Shown here piece after piece: positions 11,423 to 21,471 of a stretch of 64,000 nucleotides of DNA. The notes below the pieces were generated by a model. It was not told where the DNA came from, searched no databases, and saw only the letters and a program-made list of their open reading frames with translations. Numbering within the stretch: position 1 is the first letter of the stretch; each line of letters opens with the position of its first letter. The DNA is from an uncultured Chloroflexia bacterium (lineage in GTDB: Bacteria; Chloroflexota; Anaerolineae; B4-G1; SLSP01), in NCBI GenBank assembly GCA_963751345.1, contig CAVVUS010000023.1, forward strand, positions 128,001 to 192,000, read 5' to 3'. A program made the translations under genes and the position numbers.

Positions 11423-12787
11423 CTAAAGACCCAAAATCCATCGGGCGACGCTGAGGTAGATGAAGAGGCCGGTCGCGTCGACCAACGTGCTCATCAACGG
11501 CCCTGAGATCAGTGCCGGGTCGACACCAATCAGCGTGGCAAAGATGGGCAGCAGCGAGCCAACGGAGCTGGACCACCAGACGATGATGCCGATCGCCGCG
11601 CCGATGGTGATACCCAACTGCAGGCTCTGGTTATAGGTATAGGCGCGGATGAAGCCCGCCACGCCGATCAGCAAGCCCAGGAGAATCCCGACCTGGACCT
11701 CGTGCCAGAGAACTTTGAGCGCGTCCCTCTTCTCGATCTCACCGACGCTGAGCGCCCGGACGATTGTCGTCGTGGTCTGCGACCCGGCATTGCCGCCGGT
11801 GCCGATCAGCAGGGGGATGAAGAAAGAGAGGGCCACTCGCGCCTGGAGCGTGGCTGAGAAGTACTGGAGCACGTTTGCGGTCAACATTCCGCTCACGAAG
11901 AGCAGCAGCAACCATCCAATTCGATGTCGCACGACTTGCCACGCCGAGGTCAGCAGATAAGGCCGCTCAAGGGGTGCCGAACCACCCAACCGCTGGATAT
12001 CCTCAGTCGCTTCATCCTCGATGACGTCGATGATGTCATCGATCGTGATAACACCGGCAAGCTTGCCATCTTCGTCGACAACGGGGAGAGCGGTCAGGTC
12101 ATAGCGGCTCATCAACTGCGCACAGGCTTCCTGATCTGCGCTCACCGGTGCCGTAATGATAGCCCGGTCCATTAGGGCCTCGAGCTTTGCCTTAGGCGGT
12201 GCACGCAGAATGCGAATCACGCTGACCTGGCCGACCAGTCTGCCTTCCCGGTCCACGACGAAGTAGTTGAGGTACTCGCGATCGGTCTCCCACTGGCGGA
12301 TCGCCTCCAGTGCCCTCTCGGCCCACATCTGGTCACCCAGCGCCAGATACTCCGAGGTCATCAGCCCACCGGCTGTCTCGTCGGGGTGGAGCAGCAGTGG
12401 ACTGATCTCCTCGAACGAGTCCATCAGTTGGAGAACGCTGACCGCCTCCTGGGCCTCCAAATCGCCAAGGAGATCGGCGGCCTCGTCTGGCTCCATCTCG
12501 TCGAGGATGTCGGCGAGCTGTTCCGGGGGCAACCACTTGGCTACCTCGGTGACTTCCTCGTCCTCGAGTTTTTCGAGGATGTCGGCGGCGTCCTCCAGCG
12601 CGAGCCCCTCGATCACCTGTCGCTGTTCGTCGGGCGTCAAGTCGCCGAAGATCTCGGCCTGATCTGCAGGCATCAAGGCCTGGAGGATAATCTGCGCCTT
12701 GCGGACCTCGTGGCGCTCCAGAAGGGCAGAGATCCGCTCGTAAAGCTCGTCGACCCAGGCCTCGCGGGTCACATCGTGTGGTTCCAT
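11423..12787 (-). CDS. mgtE: Magnesium transporter MgtE
   Basis: MgtE N-domain, CBS pair (TAGGLMT), GTGGNAGSQT, DPALISGPLMSTLVD. Confidence 0.95.
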   Translation of the reverse strand: MEPHDVTREAWVDELYERISALLERHEVRKAQIILQALMPADQAEIFGDLTPDEQRQVIEGLALEDAADILEKLEDEEVTEVAKWLPPEQLADILDEMEPDEAADLLGDLEAQEAVSVLQLMDSFEEISPLLLHPDETAGGLMTSEYLALGDQMWAERALEAIRQWETDREYLNYFVVDREGRLVGQVSVIRILRAPPKAKLEALMDRAIITAPVSADQEACAQLMSRYDLTALPVVDEDGKLAGVITIDDIIDVIEDEATEDIQRLGGSAPLERPYLLTSAWQVVRHRIGWLLLLFVSGMLTANVLQYFSATLQARVALSFFIPLLIGTGGNAGSQTTTTIVRALSVGEIEKRDALKVLWHEVQVGILLGLLIGVAGFIRAYTYNQSLQLGITIGAAIGIIVWWSSSVGSLLPIFATLIGVDPALISGPLMSTLVDATGLFIYLSVARWILGL

Positions 12788-12865
12788 ACCATGCCTCCCT
12801 TCCTACACACACCGGTGCTACCGGCCTTCTTGTCCCGGCGCACCGGCGGGGGTGTGCACGACACG

Positions 12866-12897
12866 AAAACAGGGCCACAGCGACGGCTGCAGCCCTG
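12866..12897 (-). terminator. Intrinsic terminator within the mgtE leader
   Basis: Minus strand cagggctgcagc-cgtc-gctgtggccctg-TTTT, 12-bp stem including 2 GU pairs. Confidence 0.65.
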
Positions 12898-12923
12898 CCC
12901 TCTATGGCTGTAGAGGCGTGGCT

Positions 12924-13043
12924 TCAGTCTATGCTGCGAGTCCTGCCCAGGCGTCTGAGACGTCTACGGTCGCAACTGGGAGTGGTCGGGTGCTCTCCTG
13001 CGCAACCGCTTACTTGTTCGTTCATACTCAGTTGTTCGCTCAT
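12924..13043 (-). CDS. Putative mgtE leader peptide (39 aa, Arg-rich C-terminus)
   Basis: Hand-translated MSEQLSMNEQVSGCAGEHPTTPSCDRRRLRRLGRTRSID*; ends 26 nt before the terminator; weak RBS. Confidence 0.35.
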   Translation of the reverse strand: MSEQLSMNEQVSGCAGEHPTTPSCDRRRLRRLGRTRSID

Positions 13044-13090
13044 CTCGTCACTGGGTTGGCGAATGTGTCGCCAACCCTAGTATGGTCCCT

Positions 13091-13118
13091 ATGGTAATCC
13101 GGGTTTCGTGTGCGTCAA
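13091..13118 (-). promoter_or_regulatory. Putative sigma70 promoter for the mgtE leader
   Basis: TTGACG-N16-TACCAT on the minus strand. Confidence 0.45.
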
Positions 13119-13723
13119 CCGTGTGATCGGCACTCAGATGAACTGGGGTTGTAGATCCGGCCGCCAAGGTCTCGATACCGCTTGAGTACGTCGCGTGCAT
13201 TGGCCCGCAGGACATCCGTGATGACGGCGATCGGCTCCAGCGGCGGTCGATCCTCAAGCCGCAAACGCCAATCCTCAGGCAATGGCCCTTCCACGAATCC
13301 GGTGATCCGCTCAACATCATCCTTGTTGGCGCCGATTACGACGCGCTTGAGCCCACTCCACCAGAGAATACCATAGCACTGGATGCACGGCTGCGCGCTG
13401 GTTACCAGCTCCATAGGCGGGAGGGAGGAAAGGCCCAGATCGTGTGAGTGACAGACCTGCTGGGCCACCGCAATCGCCATAGCCTCAGCATGAGCCAACG
13501 AGCAGACCAGGGGCACCACCAGGTTCACACCCGGCGCAACCAACCTCCCGGTCTCGATCTCGAAGATGCCGGCACCGAAGGGGCCGCCGCCCTCCGTGAT
13601 GTTGCGCTCTGCAAGGCGAATGGCCAGTGCCATGCGCTCCTCAATCGTGGGGAAGCGCCGGTCGCCGTCACCCACCTCTTCTTCGATCCATTCAGGAAGC
13701 TGCAAGTTGACGCCTGGATACAA
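13115..13723 (-). CDS. Zn-dependent nucleoside/nucleobase deaminase (cytidine deaminase fold)
   Basis: GGPFGA, AHAE, QPCIQC. Confidence 0.88.
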   Translation of the reverse strand: MYPGVNLQLPEWIEEEVGDGDRRFPTIEERMALAIRLAERNITEGGGPFGAGIFEIETGRLVAPGVNLVVPLVCSLAHAEAMAIAVAQQVCHSHDLGLSSLPPMELVTSAQPCIQCYGILWWSGLKRVVIGANKDDVERITGFVEGPLPEDWRLRLEDRPPLEPIAVITDVLRANARDVLKRYRDLGGRIYNPSSSECRSHG

Positions 13724-13834
13724 TGGGTCCTCCGCCTGTGGGCCTGGTCTCCCCGGCCCTTAGGAATGCACTGCCGCACTGGGTCACGTCGCCGTGCGCC
13801 CATTATACCAAACCACCGCCGATGTCGTTCGCCC

Positions 13835-13863
13835 TTGACAAAACCTGGCCTGTCAAGTAGAAT
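13835..13863 (+). promoter_or_regulatory. Sigma70 promoter of tRNA-Leu
   Basis: TTGACA-N17-TAGAAT. Confidence 0.75.
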
Positions 13864-13907
13864 CGAAAGCGTTCGGAGCTACGAGATTAGCCTCATCACA
13901 CGAACGG

Positions 13908-13995
13908 GCCGAAGTGGCGGAATAGGCAGACGCGCTGCGTTCAGGGCGCAGTGATCCTTGCGGTCATGTGGGTTCAAGTCCCACCTTCGGCACCA
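13908..13995 (+). tRNA. tRNA-Leu(CAG)
   Basis: Acceptor GCCGAAG/CTTCGGC, anticodon arm ctgcg-ttCAGgg-cgcag, long variable arm, GGTTCAAGTCC T-arm, encoded CCA. Confidence 0.97.
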
Positions 13996-14000
13996 ACACG

Positions 14001-14025
14001 AAGCCCCCCATCACTGGGGGGCTTT
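14001..14025 (+). terminator. Terminator after the tRNA
   Basis: aagcccccca-tcac-tggggggcttt. Confidence 0.7.
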
Positions 14026-14086
14026 CTGGTTTCCCACCTTGCGACCACGACGGTCTGTCAACGGGGGAGTCCCCGTCATGTCGATC

Positions 14087-15310
14087 TCAAGCTGAGGCCA
14101 TGTCCGCCGCGCGGTACATCGCAATGACCTTGTCGGGTTCGATCTCGGCCAGGATGTTATGGATGTTGCAGAAGACGAAGCCGCCGTCTTCGCGCATGTA
14201 GCTGACGACGTCGTGAACCTCAGCCTCGACATCGTCCACGGTGCCGAGAGGTAGCGTGGACTGCGCGTTGACGCCGCCGCCCCAGAGGGCGATACGGCCG
14301 CGTGACCTGTCCTTCCATTCACGATAGGAGTGCCCGCCGGCCGACCATTGCACGGGGTTCAGGACGTCGAAGCCACTATCGATAACAAGATCGATCAGAT
14401 TGTAGATCGCGCCGCACGAGTGGAGGAAGCGCTTCACGCTGGGCGCCTCCTCGTGGACGACAGCGTTGATGCGCTGGTGGTATGGGAGAAAGAGTTCGCG
14501 ATAGACCTTGGGTGACGCGATGAGGTTCGCCTGAGTGCCCCAGTCGTCGGCCGCCATCATAATGACGTCGACGTTGTCCCGGATCTCGGGCAGAAGGGCA
14601 CGAATGTTCCTGATCGCGAACTCGGTCGACATCTCGTGTAACTCGGCGACGAAGTCGGGCTCCAGAAGACAGAGCATAGGGAAGATGGCCAGCCCACCCC
14701 AATTGCCGATGCCGATGGGAGCGCCGAGATGGCCGTCATTCATAAAGACTGCGCGATCCGTGGACTCGCGAACGCGCCGGCAGAGCGCCGCCGTCGCCGC
14801 GATTTGCTCGTCGCGGAGCTCGTGAGCCGCCATATGGGCCTTCACCCGCTTGAGATCAGGCTTTGGCAGCTCCGCGGAGAGGTCCAGGGGTTGGCCGCCG
14901 TGAAGCTCATCGAAGACATAGGAGTCGGGCACCATCCGTCGAGTGTCCTGGACGATGGTCCCGTTGGGCTCGGCGCGGAACGCCTCAGGGTGTTTGACCC
15001 TGGCGTGGAGCCGACCGTTGAAATCGTAATCATGCCATACCTCGGGCTGGTCGAAGGCGTTGGTGACCCCATCGCGGATGGTGACGACGTCAATTCCCAA
15101 CGCGTCCAGCACGTCAAGATCGGGCAGGGCCAGCATCTGACCGGTGTCCTCCACCCGCGGGCGACGTGGTGGCAGCCCCAGCGCCTCGACCAACTTCGGA
15201 TAGGCGAAGGCACTGATACTGGTCGAACGCATGCCGCCCAAGTCCTTGGGCACGCGGTTCGTGGGTCGGAACTCCAATGCCTGCATGATGCGATCGCGCG
15301 GTGTTGTCAT
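14087..15310 (-). CDS. Uroporphyrinogen decarboxylase superfamily protein (MtaA/CmuA-like)
   Basis: ADDWGTQ, FLHSCG, LNPVQ, WGGGVNAQSTLP, GGFVFCNIHNI. Confidence 0.85.
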   Translation of the reverse strand: MTTPRDRIMQALEFRPTNRVPKDLGGMRSTSISAFAYPKLVEALGLPPRRPRVEDTGQMLALPDLDVLDALGIDVVTIRDGVTNAFDQPEVWHDYDFNGRLHARVKHPEAFRAEPNGTIVQDTRRMVPDSYVFDELHGGQPLDLSAELPKPDLKRVKAHMAAHELRDEQIAATAALCRRVRESTDRAVFMNDGHLGAPIGIGNWGGLAIFPMLCLLEPDFVAELHEMSTEFAIRNIRALLPEIRDNVDVIMMAADDWGTQANLIASPKVYRELFLPYHQRINAVVHEEAPSVKRFLHSCGAIYNLIDLVIDSGFDVLNPVQWSAGGHSYREWKDRSRGRIALWGGGVNAQSTLPLGTVDDVEAEVHDVVSYMREDGGFVFCNIHNILAEIEPDKVIAMYRAADMASA

Positions 15311-15465
15311 CTATCGGAAACCCTCCGGGTTGATCTTTGCTCGTCTATCACGGGGAAGTGTAGGCCTCGCCTCCCTCCAGTCAAGGGGATGTCTCGTGGG
15401 GAAGCAGCGCGTCAACGGACTGCGGCGGGAGGGCCCGTTGTGCACAGGGCGTCACAACCACAGCG

Positions 15466-15930
15466 CTATGCCGGCTTGTTGGCGATCAGCATCACCCAAT
15501 TGCCGCGCTGAGTGACTTCGTCGGCCTGGTTGAGGATCCTCACGTCCAGTGTCACGGTGCCGCCGCCGAGTCGGTGCATCGCCTTGACCGCGATGACTGT
15601 GGCTTCGGCCCGGATGGTATCGCCGATCCCGATGGGCTTGCGGAACTTCCATGTCATCTCCCGAAAGGCCAGGACCGTGCCCTCAACAAAGCCCAATTGG
15701 GCAAGCAAGCCGCTGGCTATCGTCAGGCCGAGCAGGCCGTGCGCGACTCGTTGGCCGAATATGTCCTGACGGGCGAATTCGACGTTGGTATGGAGCTGGG
15801 TGTAGTCGCCTGAGACTCCGGCGAAGGCGACAATGTCGGCTTCGGTGAGGGTACGTCCGGCGCTGATGAAGGCGTCGCCCACTTCAAACTCCTCGAAGTA
15901 GCGACCCTGGCGTGAGAAGGTCTTGGGCAT
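15466..15930 (-). CDS. MaoC/hot-dog fold dehydratase
   Basis: GRYFEEF, GRTLTEADI, FAGVSGD..LH, AHG. Confidence 0.88.
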   Translation of the reverse strand: MPKTFSRQGRYFEEFEVGDAFISAGRTLTEADIVAFAGVSGDYTQLHTNVEFARQDIFGQRVAHGLLGLTIASGLLAQLGFVEGTVLAFREMTWKFRKPIGIGDTIRAEATVIAVKAMHRLGGGTVTLDVRILNQADEVTQRGNWVMLIANKPA

Positions 15931-16146
15931 CGAATGGGTTCTCCTGCTGGAAATGGCATCCGATGATTGTAGGTTGGGCGCGGAAAAGGTGCAAGCAGCG
16001 GCCTGCCGCTGCTCGCGCCGACAGCGCCGTTTGTTGCCGGTGACCCCAGGTAGGACTACAATGGGTCTCGTGAGGGAGGTAAGGGCTTGCCGGACCTCTC
16101 TCCGCGGTGGCAGTTCGATGTGTGATGCGAAAGTGAGGAGGGTCCT

Positions 16147-17242
16147 ATGGTCACGAAGATAGTTGGGTTGCTAACCTCTGGCGGCGATTGTCCGGGCCTG
16201 AATGCAGCCATCCGTGGCGTGGGGAAGGCCGCTAATTCGCTGGACATCCAGGTGATCGGCTATCTCGATGGTTTCCGCGGTCTGGTGGAGAACCGTTTCA
16301 TCCGTCTGGATTCGTCCCGCCTCTCGGGCATTCTGACGTTGGGTGGCACGATCCTCGGTACGAGCCGCGACAAGCCTCACAAGATGCCGGCGGGGGAGCT
16401 GGGCACGGTGGACATGCGGCCCTTCGCTGTGGCAAACTATGAGAAGCAGCACCTGGACTGTCTGGTCTGTCTCGGGGGTGGGGGCACCCAGAAGAATGCC
16501 TATCGACTGCTCAAGGAAGGTTTGAACATCATCACGCTTGCCGAAGACCATCGACAATGATGTCTGGGGTACCGACGTCACCTTTGGTTTCGATACAGCG
16601 ATGGCAATCGCCACGGAGGCAATCGACCGGCTTCACAGTACGGCGGAGAGCCATCATCGCGTGATCATCGTCGAGATCATGGGACACAACGCAGGATGGC
16701 TCGCCCTGGGGGCCGGGGTCGCCGGGGGAGCCGATGTCATCCTGCTACCCGAGATTCCCTACCGCATTGAAAAGGTGGCGGATGCTGTGCTACACCGCAG
16801 CTATGCTGGCAAGCGATTCAGCATCGTGGCGATGTCGGAGGGGGCTGTGTCGGTCGACGAGGTTGAGTCGACCAGCAAGCATGGGGATGACGACGATGAT
16901 GATAGCGATGACGGATGCCCTCCCGTTGCTGCCGAATCCGTCAGTATGCGCCTGGCCCGACGCCTGGAGGAGCTGACACGCTTGGAGTCGCGCGTGACCT
17001 CGCTGGGGCATCTGCAGCGAGGAGGCGGTCCTTCACCGACAGATCGTCTCCTGGCGACGCGTCTCGGCACGGCCTGCGCGAAACTGATTGAAAGGGGCGA
17101 GTATGGCGTGATGGTCGCGGCGCGTGGCGAGGAGTGCGTGCCCGTGCCATTGGCGGAGGTGGCGGGCAAGAAGAAGGTCGTGCCGCCGGATCATCCCTGG
17201 ATCGAGGCCGCGCGTCTGGTGGGCACCAGCTTCGGCGATTAG
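16147..17242 (+). CDS. pfkA: 6-phosphofructokinase (frameshift near 16540)
   Basis: [42 protein letters not shown]; contains a poly-Asp insertion. Confidence 0.93.
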
Positions 17243-17243
17243 C

Positions 17244-18245
17244 GTGAGCAGATTCCTTGCGTTGGACGGCGGCGGTTCGAAGACGCTGTGTGTCGTCGCC
17301 GATGGAACAGGCCATATGCTCGGACTCGGTCAGGGCGGCGGAACCAATCCCAACCTGGTGCCTCACGAGGAGGCGCTTCAGTCCGTCCGCGACGCTGTCA
17401 TGGGCGCGTGGGCGGTACCGGCTGCGGGCGGCGAGGCCCCGAAGATTGTAGCGATCAGTGGGCCGACGGTTGCCGGGGCAGAGCAGATCGTTGCAGACGT
17501 GACGGGTGGTCGGGACGCCGTACGTGTCTCCGAGTCCGCCTCGGCCTGGGCAGCGGTTCGTCCGTGGCTGGACCGCGACTTCGGCCTCCCCCTCGACCTT
17601 GCCGTCACCGTGGATGCAGGCACAGGATCCACGGCGTGCGGATGGAACCGAGAGGGCGAGCGGATCACGGTCGGGGGGTGGGGGTGGCTGCTCGGCGATG
17701 AAGGCAGCGGCTTCTGGATCGGTCTGCGGGCACTGCAGGCCGCGATTCACGGCGTTGATGGGCGGGGTCCGGCGACGTGTCTGCCGGTGGCCATCTGCGA
17801 CGCGCTCGGCCTGCGGTCGCTGCACGGGGCTGTCCCTCTGGTCTACCAGACGGCGTATGGTCGAAGCCGTGTCGCCCATCTGGCCCCGGTCGTAGCGCGC
17901 GCTGCGCAGGATGGGGACCGCGTTGCGGCGGCGATACTGGCTGAGGCGGGCCGCGGGTTGGCCGCTATGGTGACCACGATCATCCGGCGGCTGGACATCG
18001 CGGATGAGACGTTTGCCGTGGTCCCCTTTGGATCTGTATTCAAGGCGGGAGACGTGATCCTGTCTCCTTTTTTGGCCGACATCGCAGCGGTTGCGCCGCG
18101 AGCCCGGGCAGTCTTCCCGCGCTACGAATCCGTCATTGGGACGCTGATCTCGGCTATGGCCCAAGGCGGGCAGGACACCGCAGCAATCTGGCCGCGGATC
18201 GAGGCGGAGGCGTCTGGGCTGCCTCGGGTCCTGGTCAAGGCATAG
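17244..18245 (+). CDS. BadF/BadG/BcrA/BcrD family sugar kinase (GlcNAc kinase-like)
   Basis: LDGGGSKT, AGTGS, GGWGWLLGDEGSG. Confidence 0.85.
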   Translation: MSRFLALDGGGSKTLCVVADGTGHMLGLGQGGGTNPNLVPHEEALQSVRDAVMGAWAVPAAGGEAPKIVAISGPTVAGAEQIVADVTGGRDAVRVSESASAWAAVRPWLDRDFGLPLDLAVTVDAGTGSTACGWNREGERITVGGWGWLLGDEGSGFWIGLRALQAAIHGVDGRGPATCLPVAICDALGLRSLHGAVPLVYQTAYGRSRVAHLAPVVARAAQDGDRVAAAILAEAGRGLAAMVTTIIRRLDIADETFAVVPFGSVFKAGDVILSPFLADIAAVAPRARAVFPRYESVIGTLISAMAQGGQDTAAIWPRIEAEASGLPRVLVKA

Positions 18246-18364
18246 GGGAGTCCGCGGCGAATCGTGGAATCAGCGAAACAGGGAATCAGGGAGTGGAAGA
18301 CCGCGGTCTGGTACTGACCGTCGCCGATTCTCTGATCCTACTCTTCTCACCATAGGGAGGTTGT

Positions 18365-19099
18365 ATGTCAGCAGAGCAGTTTATGGACCGCGCTGAGGCG
18401 CTGTTGGGCGAGATTCGCGCAACCCAGCTTGGGTCGATCAAGGCAGCGGCGGATGTTGTCGCGGACTCATTGGCTAGCGGTGGCGTGTTCCACTACCACG
18501 ACCGCGGCCACGCCACGGGCGAGATCCTGCATCGTGCGGGTGGGCTCTTCGCCATTCACCCGCTCCAGCCCACTATCCAGGTGGGCGGGGAGGGGGTGCC
18601 CGGCCGCAGCGCCGGCGACGTGGTCAGTTGGGCAGAGGACGAGGCAACTGCAGACTATGTCCTGGATCTGGGACTCGTTCGTGAAGGCGATGTGGTCTTG
18701 GTCTCCTCCGTCTCAGGTGCCAGCCCCTCCGCGGTCGGCCTGGTGCTGGCAGCGCAACGGCGGGGCGCAAAGGTGGTCGCCATCACCTCGCCCACTTACA
18801 GCAAGGCCATCACCCCGCAACACAGTTCGGGCAAGTTCCTCTACGAGGTCGCCGACGTCGTTATTGACAACTGCGGCGTCGTGGGCGACGCTATGCTGGA
18901 GATTCCCGGCCTAGCCGCTCCCGCGGTGCCCGGGTCGGGCCTGGCCTGGGTCTTCATCGTATGGTCGCTACTGGCGCAGGTGATGCGGAATCTCACCGAT
19001 CGAGGGATCACGCCCCAGGTCTACAAGAGCGTGGGGCTGCCCGATGGCCGGGAGTTCAACGCGGCTGCGCGCAAGCTCTATGAAGAGCGGGGGCTCTGA
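18365..19099 (+). CDS. SIS domain (sugar isomerase) protein
   Basis: GDVVLVSSVSG, VVAITS, HSSGKFLYEVADVVIDN...GDA. Confidence 0.82.
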   Translation: MSAEQFMDRAEALLGEIRATQLGSIKAAADVVADSLASGGVFHYHDRGHATGEILHRAGGLFAIHPLQPTIQVGGEGVPGRSAGDVVSWAEDEATADYVLDLGLVREGDVVLVSSVSGASPSAVGLVLAAQRRGAKVVAITSPTYSKAITPQHSSGKFLYEVADVVIDNCGVVGDAMLEIPGLAAPAVPGSGLAWVFIVWSLLAQVMRNLTDRGITPQVYKSVGLPDGREFNAAARKLYEERGL

Positions 19100-19103
19100 C
19101 GTG

Positions 19104-19860
19104 ATGTCGACCCCGTCAAGTGGCCTGGCCGGAACCTACCTGGATCTCTGTCTTGGCGTGCTGGCGCGTGTCAAGGCTGAACAGATGGAGAAGATCGCGG
19201 AGGCTGCCGAGATCATTGCCGACGCGATTGCGGGCGGGCATACGTTCTTTGCCTTTGGCTGCACGCACTCGAATCTCCCCGTGCAGGATGTCTTCTACCG
19301 TGCGGGTGGGCTGATGTTGGTGAACCCAATCTTCCCGCCCGGCCTGGCCCTCGACGTTCGGCCACCGACGATGACATCGGAGATGGAACGCCTCGAAGGA
19401 TACGGCAAGGTCTTCTTCCAGCACGTGCCTGCGAAGGCGGACGACGTGCTGCTCCTGATTTCTACGTCCGGACGCAACGCTGTGCCGGTCGACATCGCCC
19501 TGGAGGCCAAGCAGCGAGGGATGAAGTTAATTGTTATCACGTCGTTGGCGTATAGCCAGGCCGTCAGCTCTCGCCATCCCAGTGGCAAGAAAGTCTACGA
19601 GTTGGGCGACGTTGTACTCGATAACTACAGTCCGAAGGGCGATGCGGTGCTGTCCGTTGAAGGACTGCCCCAGAAAGACCGGATCTACATCGGGCGTCGT
19701 CGGATCGGTCCTGATGCACGCCATCATCTCGCAGGTCGTCCAGAACCTGGTCGACGCCGGCCTGACGCCCCCGATCTACCTTTCGGGAAATCTGGATGGC
19801 GGCGCCGAGCATAATGCGCAGATGCTGGAGGCATATCGCGACCGCATTTTCTATCTGTGA
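19104..19860 (+). CDS. SIS domain protein, second paralog (frameshift near 19680)
   Basis: FGCTHS, YRAGGL, ISTSGRN, SRHPSGK, PPIYLSGN. Confidence 0.85.
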
Positions 19861-19949
19861 GACGTCTTCTGCCGCCAGCGAGTGAGAGGACCGCGGATAG
19901 TGGTAAATGAACCCGGAATCGAAGAATGGTAGGCATCGGAGAATGACAA

Positions 19950-21000
19950 ATGGACTGGATCGATCTACGGAGTGACACGGTAACCAAACCGACCCCTGAG
20001 ATGCGCGAGGCGATGGCCCACGCAGATGTCGGGGACGATGTCTATGGCGAAGACCCGACGGTGAACCGGCTCCAGGTGCTCGCCGCGGAGAAGATGGGCA
20101 AGGATGCCGCTATCTTTGTCCCCAGCGGCACGATGGGCAACCTGGCGTCGCTGCTGGCCCACTGTGGGCGTGGAGACGAGGCCATCGTCGGCGATAAGAG
20201 CCATACGTTTCTCTACGAGCAGGGCGGTATGGCGGCCCTGGGTGGGATCGTTCCTCACACGGTGCCCAACCAGCCCGATGGCACGCTGTTGCTGGACGAC
20301 ATCGAAGCAGCCATTCGCGGCGACGACGCACACTTCCCACGCACTCGCCTGGTCTGTCTCGAGAACACCCACAACGCCTGCAACGGCGCGCCGCTCTCGG
20401 CCGACTACGTGAGCAGCGTCGCCGATCTTGGCCCACGACCACGGCCTGAAGCTCCACGTCGATGGCGCCCGAATCTTCAACGCAGCCGCCGCACTGGGCG
20501 TCGACGTGAAGGAGCTCGTCAAGGATGCCGACTCGGTGACGTTCTGCCTGTCGAAGGGGCTCTCGGCGCCGGTCGGTTCCGTGATCTGCGGCGGCGAGGC
20601 ATTCATCGCCGAGGTGCACCGAACGCGCAAGGTCCTGGGCGGCGGGATGCGGCAGGCGGGAATCATCGCGGCAGCCGGCGTCGTTGCGCTGGAGACGATG
20701 ACCGACCGGCTGGCCGAGGATCACGCCCGGGCGCGACGCCTGGCCGAGGGCATCGCCGCTCTTCCCGGCACGGTCGTCGGGCCGGTCTACACGAATATCT
20801 TCTACTTTTCGCTGGATTCGACGTGTCCACTCGATGGGGCAGCACTGGCAATGGCGCTCAAAGAGCGCGGCATCCTGCTACCCAACCGGGGGCCGCGGTC
20901 TTTCAGGGTTGTCACTCACTATTGGGTGGGCGACGGGGACGTCGAGCGGACGTTGGTGGCGATGCGCGACACCCTGGGGGCTGTGCAGCGCCAGAAGTAG
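19950..21000 (+). CDS. ltaE: Low-specificity L-threonine aldolase (frameshift near 20430)
   Basis: IDLRSDTVT, GDDVYGEDP, SGTMGN, HVDGARIFNA, CLSKGL (PLP lysine). Confidence 0.93.
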
Positions 21001-21173
21001 ACGGTCCCTCCAAGGCTCTCGGCGGCTCTATGCCTGAGCCCGGTAGGAGACCTGGCATTCCACATCCTAGGCTGGAGCTCCAGGAGACGGTGAACGGGGT
21101 TGCCCGACCACCAGCATTCGGGCTATAATGGCGTCGTACTATGAAGATTCCTACCTCGAAAGGAGGCGGCAGG

Positions 21174-21401
21174 ATGGACGAGTTGGTGAAACTGGTACAA
21201 GAGAAGACAGGACTTGGGGAGGCCCAGGCGAAGCAGGCAGTCGAGACCGTGGTGCGCTTTCTCAAGGAGAAGCTGCCCGCGCCTATAGCCGGTCAGGTCG
21301 ATGCGGTGTTGGCGAACGATGCAATGATGGGAGAGGCGAGCGACGCGCTGAATAAGGGCGTCGCAGGGCTCGGCGGACTGCTGTCGAAGCCCGGGAAGTA
21401 G
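21174..21401 (+). CDS. Small conserved hypothetical protein (DUF2267-like)
   Basis: RBS AGGAGG; MDELVKLVQEKTGL..QAKQAVETV..FLKEKLP; upstream TTGCCC...TATAAT promoter-like pair. Confidence 0.7.
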   Translation: MDELVKLVQEKTGLGEAQAKQAVETVVRFLKEKLPAPIAGQVDAVLANDAMMGEASDALNKGVAGLGGLLSKPGK

Positions 21402-21471
21402 CTCAGTTTCTCCGACGAAGTTTCGGCGGATGGGCATCAAGCGGTGCCCATCCGCTCTATTGCCGGCGGGG

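Noticed and set aside
12790-13100. Canonical M-box (ykoK) riboswitch
   Set aside because: Conserved M-box sequence blocks were not recognisable; reported instead as a candidate attenuator.
13835-13856. TTGACA-N10-TGTCAA palindrome as an operator
   Set aside because: Left half is the tRNA -35 box and the spacing matches no regulator I can name.
13908-13995. tRNA-Leu as an integration site for a mobile element
   Set aside because: No integrase nearby and no duplicated tRNA 3' end noticed in the window.
18259-18345. Degenerate 8-mer repeats (gaatcagg-like) with an inverted copy between the kinase and SIS genes
   Set aside because: Short, low-complexity intergenic stem-loop; no evidence for an array or element.
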